Shown piece after piece: positions 8,478-16,383 of a DNA stretch of 64,000 nt. Numbering within the stretch: position 1 is the first letter of the stretch; each line of letters starts with the position of its first letter. This DNA comes from Candidatus Omnitrophota bacterium (GTDB taxonomy: Bacteria; Omnitrophota; Gorgyraeia; JABMRN01; RBG-13-46-9): the NCBI GenBank assembly GCA_013203315.1, contig JABMQJ010000020.1, forward strand, positions 1 through 64,000, given 5' to 3'. The notes below the pieces were generated by a model, which worked only from the letters and a program-made list of their open reading frames with translations, was not told where the DNA came from and did not search any database. A program made the translations under genes and the position numbers.

Positions 8478-9330
8478 TTTTTAAAAGCTCCTTTAGTTTT
8501 TTCGTAATAGGCCCAGGCTTTCCGTTTCCTATCGTCCGTCCATTAATTTCTACCACCGGCATTATCCCTACGGTTGAGTTAGTAAGAAATACTTCGTCGG
8601 CTTTAAGTAATGCCTGTTTTTTAACGAAAATTTCCTTAACTTTCTTTTTTAAAAATCTTTTCGAGAGGCGTATAACTTCGGCCCTGATTATACCAGGAAG
8701 GCATCCCGATTTCAAGCAGGGTGTAATTATTCTTTTTTCTTTTATTAAAAAAATATTTGAGCTTGACGCTTCACTCACAAAGCCGTTTATGTTTAGAAGT
8801 ATCACTTCATCAAGATTTTTTCTTTTTGCATCATAGCGATGCATTATATATTGCAGATAATTCAGCGTTTTGTGCCCGCTCGTCGGGGATTTTTCGTTGT
8901 AGACGCTCTTTGAGACGCCTAGCCTCATTCCCTTTTCATAAACACTTCGCGGGATTTGTTTTTGCGGTAAGGCGTAAATCGCAATCGTGGCCCGGACGCT
9001 ACCGGAAGGCATTAAAAGCCCGCGCGAGGTTCCTCTTGTTACTATTATTTTTATATACGCGTCTTTTTCGTGAGTTACAGACAGCTTATTTTTATTCAGT
9101 AGTTCATATACTATTTTTTTTATTTTTGGGGGCGTGACTTTTAAATTGATGCGAAAGGTTTTCAGTGACTTAAAGAGTCTCGCTACATGTTTTTCCAAGC
9201 CGAATACGACTCCGTTATGAGCGCGCATTGTTTCAAAAACACCGTCTCCGTAAAGAAAGCCTCTGTCTAAGACTGAAACCTTCGCCTTATCAAGCGGAAC
9301 AAATTTACCGTTAATGTACGCTATCAGCAT
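8467..9330 (-). CDS. Aminotransferase class IV (PabC/IlvE-like; likely aminodeoxychorismate lyase)
   Basis: DRGFLYGDGVFET, HKTLNY, EASSSNIF, CLPGIIR and ADEVFLTNS motifs; overlaps pabB. Confidence 0.85.
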   Translation of the reverse strand: MLIAYINGKFVPLDKAKVSVLDRGFLYGDGVFETMRAHNGVVFGLEKHVARLFKSLKTFRINLKVTPPKIKKIVYELLNKNKLSVTHEKDAYIKIIVTRGTSRGLLMPSGSVRATIAIYALPQKQIPRSVYEKGMRLGVSKSVYNEKSPTSGHKTLNYLQYIMHRYDAKRKNLDEVILLNINGFVSEASSSNIFLIKEKRIITPCLKSGCLPGIIRAEVIRLSKRFLKKKVKEIFVKKQALLKADEVFLTNSTVGIMPVVEINGRTIGNGKPGPITKKLKELLKSER

Positions 9331-10777
9331 AAACTAAACTCCGTCTGGCACCGAGTTTTACCGCGTCAATTAAAGCCTTTGCCTTATCAAGCGTTTCCTG
9401 GTATTCTTTTTCCGGTAGAGAATCGTAAACTATGCCTCCGCCTACCTGGAAGAAAGCTTTTTTTCCTTTTATTACAAAGGTTCGTATCGCGATGGAGGTA
9501 TCCATATTACCGTCAAACCCTATGTAGCCTATTGAGCCGGTGTAAATTGCCCGCTTGACAGGCTCAAGCTCCTCGATAATCTCCATCGACCTTATCTTGG
9601 GCGCGCCGGTAATAGAGCCTCCGGGGAAACAGTTAATAATACAATCTATAGCGTCAACCTTGTCCCGAAGCACGCCTTCGACAGTCGAGACAAGATGGAA
9701 AACCGTTGAATACTTTTCACAGGCCATAAATTCTGTTACACGCACGGAACCGTATTCGCAAATGCGGCCAAGGTCGTTGCGCTCAAGGTCTATAATCATA
9801 AGGTTCTCAGCCCTGTCTTTTGCGCTTGCGGTGAGTTCTTTTTTTAATATTGCATCAAGCGCGGGCGTTTTTCCGCGGGGCCTGGTCCCTTTTATGGGCC
9901 GGGTCTGAATATGGCGGCCTTTTTTTCTTAAGAATCTCTCGGGTGAAGCACTCACTATTTTTACATCACCAAAATTAAGAAATGAAGAAAAGGGGGCCGG
10001 GTTAATTGTCCTTAAAATCTTGTAAAGATCGAATGGGTCAATATTTAAATCCACGGTGAACCGTTGCGATAGGTTGACCTGGTAGATATCGCCTGCTTTT
10101 ATATACTCCCTTGCTTTTTCAACGGCTTTTTTATATGCGCTTTTTGTAAAATTCGATTGCGGCTCATTGTCGGAAGCAGCGTTTCTTGTATTATGAAAGA
10201 AAGAATTTTCGCGTTTATTTTTTGCATCATAAATTTTTCTTTTTACATCTTCCAGGCGCGCAATTTTTCTGGCGTTTCTTTTTTTAAGGGATTTTTCGGG
10301 GTGGCCGGAAGATATTATAAAGGCTTCTCGTTTCAGGTGATCGAAAGCAAAAATTGCGTCGTAAAAGCATACGATGGAATCGGGTATATCAATATCGTCT
10401 CTGGCGCGGTCCGGAAGGCGTTCTGTAAAATCTTTTAAATCGTAGGAAAAATATCCCACTCCCCCTCCGATAAAAGGAACCGGAAAATCTTTCGGTGTAT
10501 CTACTTTAAATTGCTTGAATAACTTTTTTAACACGAAAAAGGGATTCGCTTTAAACGCTTCCTTTTTCCCTGCCTGGTTTAAGGTGATATGATTTTTTTT
10601 TGACGTAAAAATAAGAAACGGTTCTACGCCAAGAAAGGAAAACCGGCCCAATTTCCCCGACGGCAGGGAGCTATCAAGAAAAAAACTATTCGGCATATTT
10701 TTGAGGTGGCCATAGATAGCTTCGCAGGATAGGTTATCCAGTTTTATTTTCTCGACTATCGGTAGGTCGGAATGCAT
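9311..10777 (-). CDS. pabB: Aminodeoxychorismate synthase component I
   Basis: GDIYQVNLSQ, SPERFL, TRPIKGTRPR, KDRAENLMIIDLERNDLGR and FPGGSITGAPKIR motifs. Confidence 0.88.
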   Translation of the reverse strand: MHSDLPIVEKIKLDNLSCEAIYGHLKNMPNSFFLDSSLPSGKLGRFSFLGVEPFLIFTSKKNHITLNQAGKKEAFKANPFFVLKKLFKQFKVDTPKDFPVPFIGGGVGYFSYDLKDFTERLPDRARDDIDIPDSIVCFYDAIFAFDHLKREAFIISSGHPEKSLKKRNARKIARLEDVKRKIYDAKNKRENSFFHNTRNAASDNEPQSNFTKSAYKKAVEKAREYIKAGDIYQVNLSQRFTVDLNIDPFDLYKILRTINPAPFSSFLNFGDVKIVSASPERFLRKKGRHIQTRPIKGTRPRGKTPALDAILKKELTASAKDRAENLMIIDLERNDLGRICEYGSVRVTEFMACEKYSTVFHLVSTVEGVLRDKVDAIDCIINCFPGGSITGAPKIRSMEIIEELEPVKRAIYTGSIGYIGFDGNMDTSIAIRTFVIKGKKAFFQVGGGIVYDSLPEKEYQETLDKAKALIDAVKLGARRSLVYADSVH

Positions 10778-10786
10778 ACGCGTGTT

Positions 10787-11194
10787 TTAGAATTTTACTT
10801 TCATGGCGCGCGGCGGACATCCCGGAACGCATAACTCACAGGCATTACATTTTTCCGCATCAAAGATTACCAGCATGGTTTGTTTCTCCATGTAAAGCGC
10901 GCCTGTAGGGCATATAGTGATGCATGCGCCGCAGTGGGTGCAGCGCTCTTCGTCCCTCATTATATCCTGGCTCAATAGTTGTATTGTTATGCCAAGGTCC
11001 TTTAAATATTTCATTGCTCCGGCGTAATTATCTTCTTCGCCTTTTAATTCGATTACAAGTTCGCCTTCTTCTTTTGGTGTTACCCTTGCTCGTAAAATGT
11101 TAAAAACGAGATCGAATTCTTTAACTAGTTTATAAATAATGGGTTGATCCACTAATTTTGTGGGGAATTTTATTACAATTCTTTTTGAAATCAT
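10787..11194 (-). CDS. NIL domain plus 2x[4Fe-4S] ferredoxin (MA1822-like)
   Basis: QPIIYKLVKEFDLVFNILRA NIL domain; two CxxCxxCxxxCP motifs. Confidence 0.88.
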   Translation of the reverse strand: MISKRIVIKFPTKLVDQPIIYKLVKEFDLVFNILRARVTPKEEGELVIELKGEEDNYAGAMKYLKDLGITIQLLSQDIMRDEERCTHCGACITICPTGALYMEKQTMLVIFDAEKCNACELCVPGCPPRAMKVKF

Positions 11195-11917
11195 TTAAGC
11201 ACCTCGCATAAGTTCAATATTGCCGATAGAGCCTACTTTGTCTTTATATATTACCATAGCTCCTATAATGCCTTCAACACTTTTTGCAAAATCTAAGGCT
11301 TCCTCTATTTCGCGCTCGGTTTTGACCTTATTGCAGCAAGCCGTGGCGCATGCATCCGCAAGGCTTGCCTCTTTCGCCATAACACATACGGCATCCGCGT
11401 TTCCGAAACTTAGTGAATGCCCGACCGTGCCGCTTGAAGTACAAATTCCTACGGGTGTCACCTCGGGGTTCACCTTAATGGCTATCCTACCACTTAGAGG
11501 GGAATTACCTGCGTATATACCGATTTTCCTTTCTGTGTTAGTTTTTATAAATATGTCGCCCCCATTTTCAAGAATGACCTGGCCTGTAAATTGGAGAAGC
11601 CCCTTTCCAACAAACTCAGCTATAGCGCCCGCAACTGCTGCCATGGGACCTACGCCCGCAAGGGTTGAGGCCTTTAACATGGCCCTTATTATGTCAGGGG
11701 CTTTATCATCGGCAGGCAGGGGAGTTAGGCTTTTCTCGAATTCAGGCTTTGTCTTTATATAGCTTATAATATCATTCCTATACCGGCGGACAAGCTCCCG
11801 GGATTCGTTTTTAAGATCTTTTTCGGCGGATACAAAAATATCTGTTTGGCAGTCTCTTGTGGTAAAACCAACTAGGTCGGATTTTACCCATTCTCTATAA
11901 AATCGGGGCTGTTTCAT
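11195..11917 (-). CDS. UPF0280 / ApbE-like protein (MA1715-like)
   Basis: GVGPMAAVAGAIA, ENGGDI and GICTSSGTVGHSLSFGNADAV motifs. Confidence 0.9.
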   Translation of the reverse strand: MKQPRFYREWVKSDLVGFTTRDCQTDIFVSAEKDLKNESRELVRRYRNDIISYIKTKPEFEKSLTPLPADDKAPDIIRAMLKASTLAGVGPMAAVAGAIAEFVGKGLLQFTGQVILENGGDIFIKTNTERKIGIYAGNSPLSGRIAIKVNPEVTPVGICTSSGTVGHSLSFGNADAVCVMAKEASLADACATACCNKVKTEREIEEALDFAKSVEGIIGAMVIYKDKVGSIGNIELMRGA

Positions 11918-11940
11918 GTTGTGATAGGGGGATTATTTTG

Positions 11941-12510
11941 TTAAAATATAAAAGCCGCTACAGCCAGAACAGTAGTATAGTCTCCGCCGGAACCGACAAC
12001 CGCGGATTGGGTGATATTGGTGGTGCGGACTATCTTGTCGCTTATTTTGAATTCCTCTTTTTTTTCGGACCACGGTTTGTCTTCGCCAAAGTCCATGCCC
12101 AGAGTCGAGGCAAGCATTGAAACGGCAAGTTCTTCCGCAAAATCGCCGGCTACTTTTTCCGTTTCACCGAAAGCGTGGTGTTCGCTAAGATATCCGTAGG
12201 CATTTGGATCGGCCGGTTTAGCGCATCCGATAGAGGATGCTATCAAGCGGTGCGGTTCGTTGCTCGAAGAACGCGCCATCACGACAAACGTGAGCATGCC
12301 CGCTACAAGTTCTTTTATGCCTTCGTTTTTTGATACTATTTTGCATTCGGGCGGTAAAATACTTGATACCGAAACAAGGTTACACTTCTCTATACCGGCG
12401 TCTCGGAGGGACAGCTCAAAACTTCTAAGTTCCGTACTGTGCGTGCCAACGCCCTTGGTAAGAAACATTTTTTTAGGTACTAAAAGTCTTTTCCTCGAAG
12501 CCAGTATCAT
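11941..12510 (-). CDS. pdaD: Pyruvoyl-dependent arginine decarboxylase
   Basis: SFELSLRDAGIEKCNLVSVSSILP (Ser-Ser self-cleavage site) and GYLSEHH motifs. Confidence 0.9.
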   Translation of the reverse strand: MILASRKRLLVPKKMFLTKGVGTHSTELRSFELSLRDAGIEKCNLVSVSSILPPECKIVSKNEGIKELVAGMLTFVVMARSSSNEPHRLIASSIGCAKPADPNAYGYLSEHHAFGETEKVAGDFAEELAVSMLASTLGMDFGEDKPWSEKKEEFKISDKIVRTTNITQSAVVGSGGDYTTVLAVAAFIF

Positions 12511-12527
12511 TCGTCACATCCTTTTTA

Positions 12528-13415
12528 TTATTTCTTACTGTTAAATATATACCCCAAAAGCCTGTAGATAATTTTCGCGGCCAAAAAGTCAGGCGCGATA
12601 AACCCTTCTTTAGGAGATAATTCAACTACGTCAAATCCTATTATTTTTTTGTCCTTTGTAACTATTTTCAAGAAATCCATGAATTCATACCAGCCAAATC
12701 CGCCCGGTTCGGGTGTGCCTACAGAGGGCATGATAGCCGGATCAAGAACGTCAAGGTCAATCGTTATATATACGTTGTCTTTTAAGGCGCCGGAGGCTTC
12801 CTTTTTCCAGTCGGGGCTGTCCAGGATATCGTAAACGCTTATAACCTTTACATCGGAAGGTGACGTATCCAGGAAATCCTTTTCTTCCTTGCTTAAGTTT
12901 CGTACGCCTACCTCAACTATAGGGCATATCTTCACGAGCCTTCTTGCAACGCAGGCATGGTTATATTTAGAACCGTTGTATTCGTCTCTTAAGTCATAAT
13001 GCGCGTCCAGATGCAGTACTGAAATTTCGTTAAACGCTTCTTTTGCGGCTTTAACAGCTCCTACCGTTATGGAATGTTCGCCGCCCAAAAGCACCGGAAA
13101 TTTACCCGCATCAAAAACCTCTTTGACAGCATCCTTTACGTTGGCTATAGCTTTTTCCGGTGTCGTCGGAGCATTGAATTCCAAGGGTGGGGCTGTATAA
13201 ATTCCTATTTTATAGGTTTCGGCTTGGAGTTCATCGTCAAAAAGCTCCATGTTGGTGGACGCCTCTATAATCGCTTCGGGCCCCTTTCGGGCACCTTTGA
13301 TATACGTAAGCGTCTCGTCATATGGGGCTTGGATAATGCACACCTTTGATTTTTTCAGGCCCGCACACTCTTCGCTTATGTCCCCGAATCTTTTCTGTAA
13401 AATTATTTCTTCCAT
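12528..13415 (-). CDS. speB: Agmatinase
   Basis: GGEHSIT, DAHYD and DLDVLDP...GTPEPGG motifs; next to arginine decarboxylase. Confidence 0.92.
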   Translation of the reverse strand: MEEIILQKRFGDISEECAGLKKSKVCIIQAPYDETLTYIKGARKGPEAIIEASTNMELFDDELQAETYKIGIYTAPPLEFNAPTTPEKAIANVKDAVKEVFDAGKFPVLLGGEHSITVGAVKAAKEAFNEISVLHLDAHYDLRDEYNGSKYNHACVARRLVKICPIVEVGVRNLSKEEKDFLDTSPSDVKVISVYDILDSPDWKKEASGALKDNVYITIDLDVLDPAIMPSVGTPEPGGFGWYEFMDFLKIVTKDKKIIGFDVVELSPKEGFIAPDFLAAKIIYRLLGYIFNSKK

Positions 13416-13423
13416 TTTTTAAA

Positions 13424-14269
13424 TTAAACCTTCATCTCGCTTAATCTGCGAACACGTTCTGCTATCGGCGGATGCGTAGAGAAAAGATTTGTAATAAAAC
13501 TGCTGCGAAAAGGATTTACTATGAAAAGATGCGCCGTCTCGGGCGAAGCCTCTTTCATAGGGCGGATCCTTGCAGCTTCCTTAAGCCTTTTTAAGGCACT
13601 AGCAAGCCCGCGCGGATCCTTCGCGAAATAAGCGCCCTGCCTGTCCGCTGCGTATTCACGCGAACGTGAAATCGCAAGCTGAACAATAATAGCTGCCAGC
13701 GGCGCAATTATTGAGACAGCTAAAAGTGCTACAATGTTCCCGGAGCCTCTTTTCTGTCTTGAATAACCGCCAAGTATGGCGGCCCATCTTGCCATATATG
13801 CAAGCATCATGATAGCGCCTGCCATTGAGGCTGTAACTGTCATGATAAGCGTATCTCTGTTTTTAACGTGGGCTAATTCGTGAGCCAAAACGCCTCTTAA
13901 TTCGTTCTCGTCCAATAGCTCAAGTAGCCCCTTTGTCACGCAAACAACTGCCTTTTCGGGATTTCTTCCCGTTGCGAAAGCATTCGGAGATTTGTTCTCA
14001 ACCATGTATATCTTTGGCATGGGAAGGCGAGCTGAATGCGTAAGCTCTTTTACCAAGTTATAAAGGTGATAAAACTGCCTTTCCGGCACCTCTTTTGCCT
14101 TATATATAGCAAGGACGATCTTATCGCTATACCAGTAGCTAACGCCGTTAAGTATCAGGGCAAAGACTAACGCGATCATAGCCCCGCGTGGGCCGCCAAA
14201 AAAAGACCCAAACCAGACCAGAATCAAGGTCAATGCAAGTAATAAAAGCCCTGTTTTTACGTAATTCAT
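13424..14269 (-). CDS. htpX: Zinc metalloprotease HtpX (M48)
   Basis: PNAFATGRNP, HELAH, ISRSREYAAD and FSTHPP motifs. Confidence 0.95.
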   Translation of the reverse strand: MNYVKTGLLLLALTLILVWFGSFFGGPRGAMIALVFALILNGVSYWYSDKIVLAIYKAKEVPERQFYHLYNLVKELTHSARLPMPKIYMVENKSPNAFATGRNPEKAVVCVTKGLLELLDENELRGVLAHELAHVKNRDTLIMTVTASMAGAIMMLAYMARWAAILGGYSRQKRGSGNIVALLAVSIIAPLAAIIVQLAISRSREYAADRQGAYFAKDPRGLASALKRLKEAARIRPMKEASPETAHLFIVNPFRSSFITNLFSTHPPIAERVRRLSEMKV

Positions 14270-14317
14270 GTTCTTAATACCTTATATTTTCCGGGCTTGG
14301 GAGGGCCCGGAAAAACT

Positions 14318-14345
14318 ATAATACCACAAAAATCGTCCAAGTCAA
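14318..14345 (-). promoter_or_regulatory. Sigma70-type promoter of htpX
   Basis: TTGACT-N16-TATTAT with TG extension. Confidence 0.5.
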
Positions 14346-14430
14346 CAGTAAAGAGCGTTATGCCACTTACCGTCAAGACAGGGAGTGGCAGTATTCGGCG
14401 AAACGCAATCATGTTAATTTTTTGCTATGC

Positions 14431-14459
14431 TTGACCTCTGCAGTATATATATGTATAAT
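14431..14459 (+). promoter_or_regulatory. Sigma70-type promoter of the 14535 gene
   Basis: TTGACC-N17-TATAAT. Confidence 0.6.
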
Positions 14460-14534
14460 AATATCCATTAAAAATGGTTACTTTTTGGCCATACATAGTT
14501 GTTTTTTTAACTCTATATAAAGGTATTTAACCCA

Positions 14535-15428
14535 ATGAAAAAAACTCTTTTAATTTTCCTATTTCTTGCTATTGCTTTATACTCTTTTCCACAAAACGCA
14601 TTCGGAGGAGCGTGGACCCTTCCTCAATACAAAGTCTGGGGCGAATATTCCTTTAAGTGGCAATGGGCAAAAGAAGATTTTGGTGACGACTACAAAAAAA
14701 AGAAAAAAGGTCAAGACGCCCGTTCCTGGGATTTCATAATGGAGCCCAAGGTTGAAATAGGCATAACGGACTCATTCAATCTTTTGTGTTCAATGGAATA
14801 TAAAGAAAGTAAATATAAAGAGTATGGCCGTCCGGATGACTGGGGGCCGTATAGAAGAAAAAATAACGGCGTAAGTTACGTAAAGGTCGGGGGCAAATTA
14901 CGGTTCATTGAAGAGCCATGCGTAATAAGCGGTCAAATAAAAGGCTATTTTTATACCGGTTACGGCAACGATCACGGTGATGATCCTGCATATAAAAACC
15001 AGCCTGCCATAGGAGACGGCGATGACGCGCTGGAATTACGTGGCTTGATCGGAAAGAGATTTAAGCTTAATACGCCCCTTGAAGACTGGACATTGCCATG
15101 CTATGCCGGTCTGGAGGCAGGATACAGGTGGCGAAATGCAGCCGTAGCTAATGATATACCTATATTCGTTGAAACCGGCTTTTGGCCGTTTAAATGGCTT
15201 CTTATAAAAACAGAGCTTGATACAATCATAGCCCACCGTGACACGGGTAGCATAGATAAAGACTATGCAGTATGGCGCATAGGCCCCGTATTCCAGATTG
15301 CCGGGGATAGCGCCTTAAGAGAGGGTAAGCGAATACTGAATATCGAGCTTCAATACGGCCTAACCGTATGGGGAAGAGAGACTTCCGCCTATCAGGAACT
15401 TACCCTAAAAATACAGGGTGCGTTTTAG
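14535..15428 (+). CDS. Hypothetical outer-membrane beta-barrel protein
   Basis: Signal peptide, alternating aromatic beta-strands, C-terminal ...LTLKIQGAF. Confidence 0.65.
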   Translation: MKKTLLIFLFLAIALYSFPQNAFGGAWTLPQYKVWGEYSFKWQWAKEDFGDDYKKKKKGQDARSWDFIMEPKVEIGITDSFNLLCSMEYKESKYKEYGRPDDWGPYRRKNNGVSYVKVGGKLRFIEEPCVISGQIKGYFYTGYGNDHGDDPAYKNQPAIGDGDDALELRGLIGKRFKLNTPLEDWTLPCYAGLEAGYRWRNAAVANDIPIFVETGFWPFKWLLIKTELDTIIAHRDTGSIDKDYAVWRIGPVFQIAGDSALREGKRILNIELQYGLTVWGRETSAYQELTLKIQGAF

Positions 15429-15465
15429 ATAATTAGTTAGAAATGAAAAAGTGGGTTCCTATCTA

Positions 15466-15494
15466 TTGACTTAACGCCGTAAATGTTCTATACT
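15466..15494 (+). promoter_or_regulatory. Sigma70 promoter of the riboswitch operon
   Basis: TTGACT-N17-TATACT. Confidence 0.65.
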
Positions 15495-15539
15495 AGATAA
15501 TGGAAAAAGGGTAAATTGAGTACTTTGACAATTTGGTAG

Positions 15540-15648
15540 TTTTTCCGACAAAGGCAAACCATTCCCGAAAGGGTGGGACGCAAAGTCACGGGTCTTCACA
15601 GACCACGTTAAAAGCGTGGCGCTGAAAGGCAGCCGGACCGCCGAAGAA
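15540..15648 (+). promoter_or_regulatory. c-di-GMP-I (GEMM-I) riboswitch 1
   Basis: GGCAAACCATTCCC-GAAA-GGGTGGGACGCAAAG-TCACGGGTCT...GGCAGCCGGACCGCCGAA; G at the Vc2 G20-equivalent position. Confidence 0.9.
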
Positions 15649-15658
15649 ATAAGCGTAT

Positions 15659-15720
15659 TAGCCAGGGTTGCCTGGCTATTTTTATTTCTACCCCGCTCTC
15701 TCGAGAGCGGGGTTTTTGTT
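15659..15720 (+). terminator. Two tandem terminator-like hairpins (expression platform of riboswitch 1)
   Basis: tagccagg-gttg-cctggcta followed by T5, and accccgctctc-tc-gagagcggggt followed by ttttgtt. Confidence 0.7.
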
Positions 15721-15725
15721 AGGCG

Positions 15726-15986
15726 GTGATTAAAATGAAGATAAGTGACAAAAAATTTCACAGGGTAATCGCGGTAATGGATAGAGAGGATATAGATTAC
15801 CTGGATAAGATTGGCAAGGATTCGCTCTTTACTACAGGCGTTAAGCTTTCCAGGATCAAGATTCTTCGCGCCATGGTTGAAGCCATGAAGGAACTTGGCG
15901 TAAACGGAAAGTACGTTAAAACCGAAGAAAAGCTAAAAGACGAGATCCTGAAAAAGCGTGCTCATTATAAAGAAGGTACGATATAG
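15726..15986 (+). CDS. Small ribbon-helix-helix-like DNA-binding protein
   Basis: Beta-strand HRVIAVM, helix DREDIDYLDKIG, turn, helix SRIKILRAMVEAM. The start may be 15735. Confidence 0.6.
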   Translation: MIKMKISDKKFHRVIAVMDREDIDYLDKIGKDSLFTTGVKLSRIKILRAMVEAMKELGVNGKYVKTEEKLKDEILKKRAHYKEGTI

Positions 15987-15995
15987 GGGTATTTT

Positions 15996-16088
15996 GTCCC
16001 GTGAAAAAGGCAAGTCCGCCGAAAGGCGGATACGCAAAGCTACAGGCCTAAGTCAGTAATGCTGATACGGCGGCTGAGTTACCGGAAA
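15996..16088 (+). promoter_or_regulatory. c-di-GMP-I (GEMM-I) riboswitch 2
   Basis: GGCAAGTCCGCC-GAAA-GGCGGATACGCAAAG-CTACAGGCCTAA...GGCGGCTGAGTTACCG, directly followed by the AGGAGG RBS. Confidence 0.85.
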
Positions 16089-16101
16089 GGAGGCAAATAA
16101 A

Positions 16102-16383
16102 ATGAGAAGTGGCAAAAGGATTCTATTAGCGCTCGTTGTCCTTTGGGCCGCGGTTTTCCTGGTTCAAGATGTGGCGTTTTGCCGTTCAACCAGTCTTACA
16201 ACAACGCTCTATATAACGGTGAAGGCGCCTCCAAAAGGTAATATAGCGCCCAGCGATAAGAATCTTGAGGCGGTGGAGAAAATAGCGAAAGATCAGGCAA
16301 TGACAGCGCCTAACATAAAAGATGTTGCGCCTGAAATTAAGTTTTCTGGAGGTAAGATATACACCATAACAGACACGCTTTAA
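16102..16383 (+). CDS. Small secreted protein with pilin-like terminal strands
   Basis: AGGAGG RBS; signal peptide; mature N-terminus STSLTTTLYITV and C-terminus KIYTITDTL. Confidence 0.7.
   Translation: MRSGKRILLALVVLWAAVFLVQDVAFCRSTSLTTTLYITVKAPPKGNIAPSDKNLEAVEKIAKDQAMTAPNIKDVAPEIKFSGGKIYTITDTL

Noticed and set aside
11220-11762. 180-aa plus-strand ORF and similar long antisense ORFs (e.g. 19079-19621, 29386-29967, 57132-57680)
   Set aside because: Lie opposite well-supported genes, with no recognisable motifs
15471-15761. 96-aa minus-strand ORF
   Set aside because: Antisense to the promoter, riboswitch and terminators; no coding features
15540-16088. Riboswitches as 3',3'-cGAMP (GEMM-Ib) sensors
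   Set aside because: Both have G rather than A at the specificity position
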